Source: the human T2T-CHM13v2.0 reference genome, Homo sapiens. From it: a DNA stretch of 64,000 nt. The notes beneath the pieces were generated by a model that searched no databases, had not been told where the DNA came from, and worked only from the letters and a program-made list of their open reading frames with translations. The stretch lies in the NCBI RefSeq assembly GCF_009914755.1, contig NC_060940.1; one strand, written 5' to 3'. This document shows positions 1-31,961 of the stretch, piece after piece. The translations under genes and the position numbers were made by a program. How positions within the stretch are numbered: the stretch's first letter is position 1; every line of letters starts with the position of its first letter.

Positions 1-801
<801 letters not shown>

Positions 802-1204
802 TGACTCCTGCAGGTCATGGGCTTCTAAGCCTGGATGACCCACACCCACCTAATGGGAGCCTCTTTCTCCAGCACCTGTGGCTCTGACAAAGAGAGTATC
901 TCCTGGATGACTGCGAGGACTCACCCTGGAGGGAAAGGTTTGGCGCTGCTGACATCCTTCTAAGTAACTGAATGACAAGTGTGGCCTAGACCTGTCCTGT
1001 GAGTCTGAGTCCTTAAACCTAACAAGATCCCCCATTGTATGTTGTAGGGACATAGAAGTGGTGTCCAGGCATCTAAGGGGAAATGACTTGTAGCCCATCC
1101 CTGCTAAATGGGCAGTGAGGGAAGGCAGTCATCAGAACAGGCGGCATAGATGGAGACTGTTGTGTGGTGGGCACACAGAAAGTTGAAGTTAGTTCTGAAA
1201 CTAA

Positions 1205-1541
<337 letters not shown>

Positions 1542-1638
1542 CTAAGACAAGAATCAAGCCTTTCTGAGACACTCGTGCCCCTCTCATAGCACCAGTCATG
1601 CAGGTTTGACCCAAAGCGCCCCCGCAAGGCACACTCAC

Positions 1639-1720
1639 CTTCACTTGGTAGCCTTGAGTTACCAGGAAGTTTGAGCTTCTGATTTTTCCGTGGAGTTCAG
1701 GTGCTTCTGAATGGTGTAGC
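1639..1720 (-). CDS. MLKL: MLKL exon 7 (degenerate catalytic loop, HGK replacing HRD)
   Basis: [27 protein letters not shown]; gtgtcag| and |gtgagt; 82 nt. Confidence 0.96.
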
Positions 1721-2174
1721 CTGACACAGCCAAAGGCGGGGAGCATAAGTACCTTTGCCCAAACTTTCTTTGGGGGACTGACAATCATAACTGGGCTGAT
1801 GAGGCTGGACAGTACCATGGGTGCCTGTCCACAGTTACACAGGAAAAACTGGGATGTAGAGGCAAGGTTTGAGAATCACAAGCCGTGAGTATAGAACAGA
1901 GATGAGATTCATAGCACAAGGGGGCATGACAGCCCTTATGAAGTGCATGCAATCGGGCATCAGGGGTGCCTTTAGGTAGAGAAGGACAACGTTGCCTCTG
2001 TGTTGCTTTGCCTGGGAAGTGCTGGGCAGATCCGAGAGCTCAGAGGCATGGCTGGGTGGCTGGACCTTGCTGGGACCCTTCAGGTCAAAGCAGAATGTGA
2101 AGCTGGGGTCCCGCTGACTTCCAGACAAGGGCTTTGGTTTCACAAAGCCCCTGCGTCCCAGGTTGGGTTGCACT

Positions 2175-3015
<841 letters not shown>

Positions 3016-3091
3016 ACATCCAAAAATACTTCTCCTTAAACTCACTAGTTTAGGGAGTTGAGAAGAAACAAACTTAATTTCAAATTAATAG

Positions 3092-3544
<453 letters not shown>

Positions 3545-3763
3545 TTGGTGTTGGGTATCCTTAACTCTGCCAATATCTCCAATATCTCCATTGTACAAAG
3601 AGAATGTGGGTTGGATCACAGAGCTTCTGGCAGGCAGCCTCATCCAGCCAGAATTTAATTACATTGTTTTGGTTTCATTTGTGGTTACCTATTTTTGGCA
3701 AGTGACACTGGTTTTCAATTTATGGTAGTAAGAGAAAGTGTCCTTTTTAAAAGCTTTATTTCA

Positions 3764-4064
3764 ATTATTATTATTATTTTTTGAGATGGAGTCTTGCTTT
3801 GTCGCCCAGCCTGGAGTGCAGTGGTACGATATCAGTTCATTGAAACCTCCGCCTCCTGGGTTCAAGTGATTCTTGTCCCTCAAGCCTCCTGAGTAGCTGA
3901 GATTACAGGCCTGTGGCACCATGCTGGGCTAATTTCTGTATTTTTAGTAAAAACAGGGTTTCGCCACGTTGGCCAGGCTAGTCTCCAACTCCTGACCTCA
4001 AGTGATCCACCTGCCTTGGCCTCTCAAAGTGCTGGGATTATGGGCGTGAGCCACTGGGCCAGGC
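3764..4064 (-). mobile_element. Alu
   Basis: Alu consensus. Confidence 0.9.
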
Positions 4065-4251
4065 CTTTATTCCGATTTTTAAAAAGTGAGTCAATGTAAT
4101 GAAAAATGTTAAGTAAATAACACTGGTAGTAGTATAGTTAAAACCCTGCAGATGGTTTGTGAGTGACTAACCTTTGGGGACCCTTGGGACTAAGAATCCA
4201 TAGATTCTGCAGGTGAGAATAGGTAGAGTTGCCAAATAAAACACAAGACAC

Positions 4252-4613
<362 letters not shown>

Positions 4614-4704
4614 TCACGTACACGCATATATATATGTACAAGCATGCCCACAAATTGTATAGGACATAGTTGTACTAAAAATAAATGTTTATCCAAAATT
4701 TGAG

Positions 4705-5003
4705 ACTGGGTGCAGTGACTCATGCCTGTAATCCCAGCACTTTGGAAAGCTGAGGCAGGAGGATTGCTTGAGCCCAGTAGTTCGAGACCAGCCTAGGCAG
4801 CATGGCAAAACCTTATCTCTACAAAAAATATATATAAAAAAAAAACTGGCTGAGTGTAGTGGTGTGCGCCTGTAGTCCCAGCTTCTCAGGAGGCTAAGGT
4901 AGGAGAATCCCTTCAGCTCGGGAGGTTAAGTGATCTGTGATCATATCAGTGCACTCCAGTCTGGGCAAGAGAGTGAGACTCTGTCTCAAAACATAAAATA
5001 AAA
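4705..5003 (+). mobile_element. AluJ
   Basis: Diverged Alu consensus. Confidence 0.85.
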
Positions 5004-5389
5004 TTTGATATTTTTGATATTTAGTATAAGTATATACCATGCAATGTTTAGGATGCACTTATACTAAAAAATGATTCATTACTTTCCTAACGTTCAAATT
5101 TAACTGGATATGTTCATTTTTATGCTAAATCTGTCCACTCCAAAATTAGGGCTCATCCAACTCTATAAGTGCAGTGTGGACATCAATTTCAACCGTCAGT
5201 TCTGGGAGCTGGTGTTCCCTGGGTTAAGCCTCTTTCCTCCCTCCTATCTGTAATCAGAGTAAATAGTAAAACAGTGTATGGGAGGGAGACTGTCTGGGGC
5301 GTCTGGCCTGTTCTCTCACCATCTCTGGGAGTATCAGGAGTGTGGACAGACCCATCCAACCCTTAGTGGCGCCTTTTCACCCCGTCTTA

Positions 5390-5749
<360 letters not shown>

Positions 5750-5768
5750 CTACCTTAAAAAAAAAATT

Positions 5769-6350
5769 GGCTGGGTGCGTTGGCTCATGCCTGTAATCCC
5801 AGCACTTTGGGAGACCAATGTGGGTGGAACACAAGGTCAGGAGTTTGAGATCAGCCTGGCCTACGTGGTGAAACCATGTCTCTACTAAAAATACAAAAAT
5901 TAGCTGGGTGTGGTGGCAGGTGCGTGTAATCCCATCTACTTGGGAGGCTGAGGCAGGAGAATCACTTGAAGCTGCGTGGCAGAGATTGCACCACTGCACT
6001 CCAGCCTGGGCAACAGAGTGACACTACATCTCAAAAAAAAAAAAAAAATGTTCTGCCAGGTGTGGTGACTCACGCCTGTAATCCTGGCTCTTTGGGAGGC
6101 TGAGGCTGGTGGATCACTTGAGGCCAGGAGTTCGAGACCAGCCTGGCCAACATGATGAAACCTCGTCTCTATGAAAAATGCAAAAATTAGCCAGGTGTGG
6201 TGGGACATGCCTGTAGTCCCAGCTATTAGGGAGGCTGAGGCAGGAGAATTGCTTGAACCTCGGAGGTGGAAGCTGCAGTAAGCATATTGTACCACCGCAC
6301 TCCAGCCTGAGTGACAGAATGAGACTCTGTCTCAAAAAAAAAAAAAAAAA
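5769..6350 (+). mobile_element. Two tandem sense Alus (~5769-6048, ~6054-6350)
   Basis: Alu consensus, A tails. Confidence 0.9.
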
Positions 6351-6626
6351 TTCTTTTTCTTTTTCTTTTTTAACTTCTATCTCCCTTTCTTGGTATAATT
6401 CAAAATTTTCTTGAGCAGTTATTTGGCGAATGTCTTCCTCACTCAACTGGATTCCCAAGAAGGCAGGAAATGTGTCTGTCTTGTTCACATGGGTGCTCAC
6501 AAGAAGCTTCGTACATCTGTGTGGGAGGAATGAGTAGGGCACACATGGCAGGGGCGGGTGAGGACTCAGACAAGAAGTCGACTTCCCCATTCATGGGCCT
6601 GAGCTGCAAAACTGACATGTGACTGA

Positions 6627-7953
<1,327 letters not shown>

Positions 7954-8209
7954 TAAACATGCACCCCCTTATTTCCCAGTGGGCTGAAAGGAGAAGATGT
8001 GGCCATGTTAGTGCAAACCACCCCTCAGCCTTCAGCCCTGCCCTCCTGAAAGAAGATGAGAACATGCATCTTGGGATGAAAAAAAAAAAATTAACATTGA
8101 TAATAATCACACTTTGTGGATTCCACCCTTTGTGATGTTCTTTAAAAAAATGCAACACATTAAAACACAGGAGGTGTGTTCTAGGCCATCCAAAGCTTGA
8201 CCAATCCTA

Positions 8210-8380
<171 letters not shown>

Positions 8381-8682
8381 TCAGTGTGGTGACCCTCTGT
8401 GTATGTGGGGGCGGGGGTATCAGCATCTGGGGTGAGAACTGGTGCCAGGATGAACTCAGCTACTGATAACAACATGTGGAACCCCTCAGGTGCCTGTGGC
8501 AGCACAATTAGTCCCTCGGGGTCTGTCAGATATTAATGGGACTTGCTAATATCTTTTCAGTAGTTCAAATAGTCTGATAGAATTGTATTTTTATGACCTA
8601 CAGGGCTTTACTAGGCAAACTAAAAAGTCAAGTATTTGTTACTGTTTTTAGGCTGTAACCTGTTGTTTAGCATATACTCTGA

Positions 8683-9000
<318 letters not shown>

Positions 9001-9038
9001 GTGGTGTGTGTCTTTGATGAATAAAAATAATGATACTA

Positions 9039-9343
<305 letters not shown>

Positions 9344-9411
9344 TTATTAAGTGAAATCTTATAACCAAAATTCCTTCCAAAACGTGGGCCTTAAAAAATG
9401 TAGGCAGGTAA

Positions 9412-11010
<1,599 letters not shown>

Positions 11011-11169
11011 ACAGTCTTTTAAACAAATGGCTCTGGGACATGTGAATATCAACATGCAGAAAAATGAAGTTGAATGACTACCTTATACAATACACCAAAA
11101 TTAACTCTAACTTCGGAAACCTAAATATAAGAGCCAAAAACTATAAACTCTTAGAAGAAAACACAGGAG

Positions 11170-11470
11170 GGCCAGGTGCAGTGGCTCAAGCCTGTAATCC
11201 CAGCAGTTTGGGAGGCCAAGGTGGGTGGATTGCTTGAGGTTAGGAGTTTCAGACCAGCCTGGCCAACATGGTGAAACCCTGTCACCACTAAAAATACAAA
11301 AATTAACTGGGCCTGGTGGTGCATGCCTGTAGTTCCAGCTACTCGGGAGGCTGAGGCATGAGAATTGCTTGAACCTAGGAGATGGAGGTTGCAGTGACTG
11401 ATATCACACCACTACACTCCAGCCTGGGTGACAGAGCAAGACTCCATCTCAAACAGAACAAAACAAAAAA
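11170..11470 (+). mobile_element. Alu
   Basis: Alu consensus. Confidence 0.9.
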
Positions 11471-11805
11471 CCCCCAAAACCTGTACATGAATGTACACAG
11501 AAACATTATTCATAATAATCAAAAAGTGGAAAAAACACAAGGTCCTTCAATTGATTAATGGATAAGTAGGATATCCATACAACAGACTATCATTCAGCCA
11601 TAAAAAGGAATGAAGAAATGATACTTGCTATAATATAGATGAACCTTGAAAATATCATGCTAAGTGAAAGAAGCCAGACTCAACAGGCCACATATTGTAT
11701 TATTCCATTTACATTGAAGATTCAGAAAAGGCAAATCTATAGAGACAGAAGGTAGGACTGTTGCCTGGGCTCAGGATGGTGGTGATAGGGTTGAAAGAGG
11801 AATGA

Positions 11806-12196
<391 letters not shown>

Positions 12197-13215
12197 TAAA
12201 TCTTACGGTATGTAAAATATATCTCAATAAAACTGTTAAAAATACAGTCTCAATGAAAATCTTGATGTGTATTTTGAGGAGTGTGATAAAACTTTCTTTG
12301 ATATTTATTCAGCTAAGTCAACCTGAAAAAGAAGAATCAAGAGGAGGAAGTTCTTTACCAGATATCGAAATTTACTGCAAAGTCATATGAAAAAAACAGT
12401 AACAGTGTGTTACTGGTACAAAAACAGACAAATTGATCAGTGGGAAAGATTAGACAGATCAGAGTCAGATCTATGTCTATATAAAAACTTAATATACAAT
12501 AAATATGGTACCACAAATCAACAGGGAAAAGACAGACGACTTAATAGATGGTATAGAGAAAACTGACTTACTATGTGGCTAAAAATAAAAGTTGACCCTA
12601 CATAACGTCACATACAAAGGTGGATTCTAGTAGGATTAAAACCTAAATATAAAAAATAAAACTGGAAAGTTAAGAGAGGAAAATATAGAATGCCTTTAAG
12701 ATCTAGAGGTGGAGCAGGACACCTCCAGAGCACAAATAAAAAGCTTGCAATGTCTAAAGCTGACAAGTGCTTTATTTCCACAATATACAAAGATTTACAA
12801 ACAGACAAGACAAAAGCAGCAACCGTGATGGAAAAAAGGGCAGAGGATATGAACAGGCAATTTATGGAAGAGAAAACCCAAATAACTAAAACATGTAAAT
12901 AAGGGCTTGAATTCATTAGTAAAAACAGAAATGCAAGTTCAAATAACTACAAGATATTGATCACTTTATAACTATAAAGATGAAAGTAATCAGAAAGCTG
13001 GATAACACTAAGGGTTGGTGAGGTTGCTTGTGGGAGTGTAGGCATAGACACTGTTCTGAAGAGTTGCCTGGTAGTACTTAGTCACTTAATATACACATAT
13101 CCCATGGCCCATCATTTTCTCTCCTGGTGCTATATCCTGAAGGATTCTTATACAGGTCCCTAAAGGGAAACTAAGTATGGCATCTTTTTGGTGGGGAAAA
13201 GTTGGAAGCTGACTA

Positions 13216-13563
<348 letters not shown>

Positions 13564-14012
13564 TCACCATGGATGGCAGACAGAAATTAAGGAGTCCAGA
13601 TATGGAACACGTTTCATGATGTTGAGTGAAAAAAGTGAGGAAAGGAGGCAACAGACACGTAACTCTACCAGTTGTGAACATGAAAAATGTATGCATACAT
13701 TTTACAAGAACACATACAAACAAAACACACTAGAACTACTGTCTGTGGAGGGGATGAGCAACTGGGAAACAAGGTTGGAAGGGAAAGTTGTTTTTTTTTT
13801 TTAAATATATATGTGGACAAAGGAGAGAAGACCTAGAACTGAGGTGGAAAGATGTATTTAAGTCAAGACTCTGCTCCTTAACAGTGGAGAGCACATAATT
13901 TAACCCTTTAGGGCCCAGGCTTCCTCATCTAAAAATGGAGACGATATCCCTCTCTCCTTGGAGAGTTAGAGTAAGTATTGGTACACACGAGAGAACCACA
14001 CAAAACAACTTA

Positions 14013-14258
<246 letters not shown>

Positions 14259-14926
14259 CTAAGGGAGGTGGCATATTTGTGATGTGTGAGTGGGAAGCTC
14301 TACTACATGAACCAGAGCTGGTGGTGGCTGGGGCTTCTGATGGACTCAGCCCAAGGGAGCGGCTCCCGTGCCTCTGAGTGACCAGTAGAGACACAGCTGG
14401 ACAGTTAACAGAATGTGTCATCCACTTCCTTTCCCTCCTCTTCAAATCCCGCCTGTCCCTCCAGCCTTAACCCTCATCCAGACTCATCTCTCTCATCCTG
14501 GAAGGATGTCTATTCCTGTTACCCAGAGCTTGGCACTTGAGCATCTGGCATCTGGCGTAGTCATTTCAGATCTAGTAGTTAGGGACATAGTTCAAGCTCA
14601 GTAACCTTGCTGTTGTGTGTTCACTGTCTGTCTTTCCTCTTTCCTCCTCCACCCCGTGAGCTCCTGGAAGGCAGTGTCCTTCTCTGCATCTTAGTTACCT
14701 CTTTGCATGGCCTCTGGCATAAACCAGATACTCACAGTTTTGTTGAATGAATGAATGAGTGGGCATTTTAAATTTGATTTGAATTTCTTCTTGGAAATTC
14801 AGCAACTGAACTGAAGCTTTGATTCTATTCATAGAGGTTTTTAAGTACTTTGACAGCTGCTAGAAGGTATCTTACTGGTCAAGAAGCTCTCTCCACATGT
14901 TATTCCATGGACAGAAGCCTGGGCTA

Positions 14927-15208
<282 letters not shown>

Positions 15209-15264
15209 TCAAAACTAAAATGCTAATTAAAACTGTTGAGATATCATTTTTTACCTATCATATT

Positions 15265-15630
15265 CATTATGGTAGGGATTACTACTGATCACCAATATTC
15301 AGATTTCTACTTCTGAGCACATAGGAAATGCATTAAAGCATGGCTGGGTAACTTGCTTTGGCTAAGAAATGAAGAAAAGAGATGTCTGTCACTTCCCAGA
15401 GGGAGCATTTAACTGACTCTGCATAAGGTTCCAACCTGGCTGCTTTGGAAGTGAGGAAAGTTTGCGTCAACGCAGAAGTGCTATACTATTGAAAGTATCC
15501 TGGAAGGAGGACATTCACCTTGGAGAGTCCCCTGGACTTTGCCTGAATGAGAAATAAACTTGTTTCTTTAGAACACTGAGTTGTTGTTTTTTAAACCACA
15601 GCATAATCAAATCAATCCTGATTTATATAC
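15265..15630 (+). mobile_element. MaLR (MLT1-like) LTR
   Basis: GAGAAATAAACTTGTTTC...CACAGCATAA 3' signature. Confidence 0.5.
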
Positions 15631-15909
15631 TCAGAAACATGTTTGAAAATTTATAACACACTATTTACAGTGGTCAGCCATCCCTGTCTGCCCAGGACTG
15701 AGGAGCTCTGGGGACATGAAACCCTGACTACTAAAAGTGGGAAAGTCTCTTATGGGAAAAGTATAGAGAAGCAGATAACTCATGCATAGTTGGTAGAAGT
15801 AATATCTGTGCAACTTCTATCAAAATTTGAAATGCCTACAGTCTTTGACCTAGTGATTTTACCTAGCAATTCCACTTCTGGGAATTTCTCATAAAGATAT
15901 CTTGAAATA

Positions 15910-16256
15910 GGCCAGGCGTGGTGGCTCATGCCTGTAATCCTAGCACTTTGGGAGGCCGAGTCAGGCAGATCACTTGAGGTCAGGAGTTTGAGACCAGCCT
16001 GGCCAAACTGGTCAGTAGAGATAGTGAAACCCCGTCTCTACTAAAAATACAAAAATTAGCCGGGTGTGGTGGCACATGCCTGTAATCCCAACTACTGGGG
16101 TGACTGAGGCACAAGAATCACTTGAACCCAGGAAGCAGAGGTTGCAGTGAGCCAAGATCGTGTCACTGCACTCCAGCAAGACTCTGTCTCAAAAAAAAAA
16201 AAAAAAAAAAGAAAAAAGAAAGAAAGAAAGAAAGAAAGAAAGAAAAGAAAAAAAAA
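15910..16256 (+). mobile_element. AluS with A/(AAAG)n tail
   Basis: Alu consensus. Confidence 0.9.
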
Positions 16257-16348
16257 GTTCTGGTGATGGATGGTCGCGATGGTTTCAGAACCATGTGAAT
16301 ATACTTGATGCCACTGAACTGGCATCTAAAAATGGTTGAAATGGTAAA

Positions 16349-16647
16349 TTTTTTTTTTTTTTTTTTTGAGACGGAATCTCTCTGTCGCCCAGGCTGGAGT
16401 GCAGTGGAGCGATCTCAGCTCACTGCAGGCTCCGCCCCGCGGGGTTCACGCCATTCCCCCGCCTCAGCCTCCCGAGTAGCTGGGACTACAGGCGCCCACC
16501 ACCTCGCCCGTCTAATTTTTTGTATTTTCAGTAGAGACGGGGTTTCACCGTGTTAGCCAGGATGGTCTCAATCTCCTGACCTCATGATCCGCCCGCCTCG
16601 GCCTCCCAAAGTGCTGGGATTACAGGCGTGAGCCACCCCGCCTGGCC
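16349..16647 (-). mobile_element. AluY (CpG-rich) with TSD
   Basis: TSD GAAATGGTAAATTTT at 16338-16352 and 16648-16662. Confidence 0.9.
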
Positions 16648-17159
16648 GAAATGGTAAATTTTATGTTATGTATATTTTATCACAAAAAATGGGAAAAAAT
16701 GATGGGTGTATGTATTGGGTTGTTTTTGAATTTGTGTGCTGCTAGTATGATCATAAAACAAAACAAAACAGTAGGGTAGATGCCAAGTAGGAAAACAAGC
16801 TATATAATTCAATGGATATTTACATGGGAGGATATTTAAGATTATTTAATGAGAAAAGAAGAAATAGAACAATGTGCTTGGCATGATGCTGACTGTGTGA
16901 CAACAACAATAAAATATATATACTTAAATCTCCAGAAGGGTATTCAAGAAACTGGTAGATTGTGTGATTGTATCTCAGATTTTGATAAAGGTTGCACAAA
17001 TATCCTACCAACAATGGATGAGATTATCATTTTGTCTATATGGTTTCCATCAGACTTCCCCAGTTTTAGTACTGAAGGTCTCATGTCCTCAGAAAGGGAA
17101 ACAGGGGCCCCTGAGGTCAAGGAGGGAGATTTACTTCTCACGCCGGCCCCCTCCATCCT

Positions 17160-17914
<755 letters not shown>

Positions 17915-17995
17915 CTAGGAGTTTTGAGGTACAAGTATATTACAACTGCTCAAACTTCATCATTGCTGCTCCTTTGGTAAATTAAAGTGAGACTA

Positions 17996-18553
<558 letters not shown>

Positions 18554-18639
18554 TCACTACTTGGCTAAGAAAGAATCAAAGCGGTCTGTGACTTAAATGC
18601 CTGAGGAGGTCTCCCCAGCATTTTCATGCAAGATAGAGA

Positions 18640-19055
18640 TGGTTTGCTACCCACCAAAATCTGTTCTGCCCTTGCACAATAATAGAGTTGTAGCTGGGAA
18701 GAGCTGGTCCAGCCGGAACTACATCTCCCAGCCTTCCTTGCAACTTGATGTGGCCATGTGACTAGTTCTCACCAATGGGGTTTAAGTGCATGTGACCTGC
18801 TCTACTTCGGACTGGGGCAGCTGTGCCGCCTCCTCACACTCTCCCTTGGTTGGCTGGATGCGTGGGGTGAAGCGGCCCTGGGGTGGTGGAGCCCCAAGAA
18901 GAGTCCTGAGTCCCTGGATAATCACTTGGAGGAGAGCTGCCCACAGACCTGGAACGTCTGTCATGGACTGTTAAGTGATCAAGGAATAAACTTGTATTGC
19001 ATGTAAACCGTTAATATTTTCAGGTTGATATGTTTATATCAGTTTCGTCTATTAC
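18640..19055 (+). mobile_element. MaLR (MLT1-like) LTR
   Basis: CCCAGCCTTCCTTGCAA..TGTGGCCATGTGACTAGTTCT..AATAAACTTGTATTG. Confidence 0.55.
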
Positions 19056-19249
19056 AGATATATCCTGCTAAAGCATAGAGGTTTCAGGGGCCAGGCGGGT
19101 AATTCAAATGAGTGAAGTGAGCTGAGGTAGTCTTTACTGCCACAGATAAATATGTTTCTTTCTGTTTTTTTTTAAAACATGTGGACTATCTTTCATTTTT
19201 CCTACAAAAAATTGTTCAGTTTCTTCCTACAGTCCTTTAAGAAAAATGC

Positions 19250-22712
<3,463 letters not shown>

Positions 22713-22933
22713 GGGGATTATGTTCATATGTTACGATGAGAAAACAGGTTACTAATTTTAAAAGTGAAAAATCTTTAAATGGTAATAACAATGCAAATTC
22801 ACCTCTTCCCTCCAAAAAATAAAAAATAAAAATAAAATAAAATAAGTAAAGGTTATCAGGCATTTCCCTCTTCTCTCTCTCTCACTCTGTCTCTCTCTCA
22901 CGCCTTCAGCCTGCAAACCTGAAGACTTCCTTT

Positions 22934-23098
22934 TTCTGAGAAGACATCAGGTAACTTGTTCCCGTGCCCCTGCCCTCCACGACCCCCACTGCTACTGGGC
23001 GTCTCGCTTTGGCGGAAGGTAGTGCGAGATCCGAGCAGGCAGCTCCACCATCAGAGCTGAGGAAATGAAACCAACTCGGTCCTGAGTTCCAGGAACTC
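22934..23098. promoter_or_regulatory. Candidate interferon-response module (GAS + ISRE + GAS)
   Basis: TTCTGAGAA 22934-22942; GGAAATGAAACC 23061-23072; TTCCAGGAA 23087-23095. Confidence 0.55.
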
Positions 23099-23740
23099 GG
23101 ACCGGGCCACCCTCACCCCTGGTTCTTCCCATCACCGTCCAGGAATTCGGCTGCAGCCCCTCGGCCCCGCCGCCTCCTGGGAAGACCCCATGCTCACCTT
23201 CGCGCCTCCCGAGGGGTGTGCGTCCAATCTGTCCCGTGCACAGTTCCAAAAAGCTCGCTCTTCCACCTTCTTTCCCACGACCGCCTCCTGCCCAGGCGAG
23301 AAGTTTGCAAACGCGAGGCCCGCGGGAGTTCCCCTGCGCCCCCTTTCCTGGTGCCCGCACCCTGCACTCTGCTGACTGTACCGGACGCCACACGTGGCTG
23401 GCGGCGACAAGGCGCCCCGATCCCTACCTGAGGGAAACCCCGGCCACTGCAGCTGCACTTGAGCAGGGTCCCTCCACTCAGCCACTTGGATGGCTGTTTC
23501 TGTCCAGTGCCCTCCGGAGGCCACTGCCTCAGGTCTGTGATGCCTGCAGAGAATGCTGCGACACTTCCCCCTCCGACGTGGCTCCAGCTGCCAACCACCA
23601 GGCTCACGGTGCCCTGGCTCCCTGGAGCCGCTTTCTAGGCAGCTCGGAGCCACGGCCCCTCCCTTCCTTCCTCCTGTCCTTTCCACACTCTTCCTGCCTT
23701 CCCCAAAGTCACTCGGTAACTACGCTGTACACGTCAGTAC
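22990..23740. promoter_or_regulatory. MLKL: CpG island / MLKL promoter-proximal region
   Basis: High GC and dense CpG over exon 1 and start of intron 1; E-box CACGTG 23391-23396; half-CRE 23731-23736. Confidence 0.85.
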
Positions 23741-23840
23741 CAAGCCTTCTTTAGGGGCTGGGGATTCAGAATAGAATAAGGTCCCAGCAACTATTATAAC
23801 CAGGACACAGTATGAGAAGGACTGGAAGTTTAGAGAAAAA
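23428..23840 (-). other. MLKL: MLKL exon 1 (5'UTR; 5' end approximate)
   Basis: Donor TCAG|GTAGGG at 23428/23427 inside the CpG island; joins exon 2 as ...CCCTCAG|GCATGGAA; TSS not definable from sequence alone. Confidence 0.7.
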
Positions 23841-23993
23841 CTGAAAGTTGGAGAGAAGCTTCTGGTGTTTGCTTCTCTGTGCTGGATAATATTGGCGGGG
23901 TGGGGAGGGTACGAGGGAAGAGACACCAAAGTGGGAAAAAAGTCACTTCCTCTTCTAAGGTCATTGCAGAACATCCTGTTACAGTGTGAGTCA
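23833..23993. promoter_or_regulatory. MLKL upstream motif cluster: IRF-like, PU.1/ETS, AP-1
   Basis: GAAAAACTGAAAGT ~23835-23848; AAGAGGAAGTG (minus) ~23944-23954; TGAGTCA 23987-23993. Confidence 0.45.
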
Positions 23994-24089
23994 GATTTTC
24001 TTAAGATTAACTACATCTTCAGCTAGAAAGTCTAAGTAGTGTTATGCATTTACTCAACAGACTATTTGCCTCTAAAAGAACAGAACTGG

Positions 24090-24298
24090 GAGCTGGGTGT
24101 GGTGGCTCAAGCCTGTAATTCCAGCACTTTGGGAGGCGGAGGTGGCCAGATCACCTGAGGTCAGGAGTTCAAGACCATCCTGGCCAACATGGGGAAACCC
24201 TGTCTCTACTAAAAATACAAAAATTAGCCAGGCGTGGTGGTGCATGCCTGTAATCCCAGCTACTCGGGAGCCTGAGAGGGGAGAATCGCTTGAAGCCG
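24090..24298 (+). mobile_element. 3'-truncated Alu
   Basis: Alu consensus ends at TCGCTTGAAGCCGG. Confidence 0.85.
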
Positions 24299-24386
24299 GC
24301 CTTGGAGATTCATTTCTTCGCCTTGCTATTGTTCTTCGTCTCCTGCATCATCAGTTTTCTTCCTGTCTTAGGTGAAGAGATTGAGG

Positions 24387-24791
24387 TGAGGCAGGAGAAT
24401 AGGGTCTGTAGGCAGGGAACATAAAGCTGATTCACGCTGACTTCTTAGAACTAAATAAAATGGACACATTTCAGCTATGACAGGAAATATTTTCTTCATT
24501 TACATATGGCGTTCACTGAGTAAGTGACTGAGCAACTTCACTTCATCTTCTTCATTTACATAGGGTGTACACCAAGTAACCAATGGGAGCCTCTAGAGGG
24601 TATTTAAATCCCAGAAAATTCTGTAACGGAGTTCTTGAGCCCCTATGCTCACGCTGGCTCCCACCCTGTGGAGTGTACCTTTGTTTTCAATACATCTCTG
24701 CTTTTGTTGCCTCATTCTTTCCTTGCTTTGTGCATTTTGCCCATTTCTTTGTTCAAGATGCCAAGAACCTGGACACCTTCAACAAGTAACA
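24387..24791 (+). mobile_element. ERV1 solo LTR (MER51-like)
   Basis: TG...CA termini (TGAGGCAGGAGAATAGGGTCT...GTAACA); CCAAT 24580; TATTTAAA ~24601; near-TSD GAGG/CAGG. Confidence 0.7.
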
Positions 24792-25029
24792 CAGGTGCCT
24801 GTGATTTATTGAAGGAAGACTCTTAGGAGAGTGGTGGGTATGATAGGGCAGAGGAAGAAAAAGTGAAACAAGTATGTAGTCAGTGGAGGCTCCATGGGGA
24901 GGTCTGGAATGTGAAGGTCTGGAACAAGAGGCAGCCTCCTTTCTGCCCAGGGCAATTCTTCTGGACGAGGGGGAAGGTGTGTGAGTGTTTAGCTGTCAAC
25001 ACTCATAGCAGCTGCAGGATGGGTATACT

Positions 25030-31961
<6,932 letters not shown>

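Noticed and set aside
850-1098. ORF containing TTSMSL, resembling the MLKL activation loop (TQTSMSL)
   Set aside because: Flanking residues do not match MLKL exon 8 (LAGFELRK...); a coincidental short match in probable old repeat sequence
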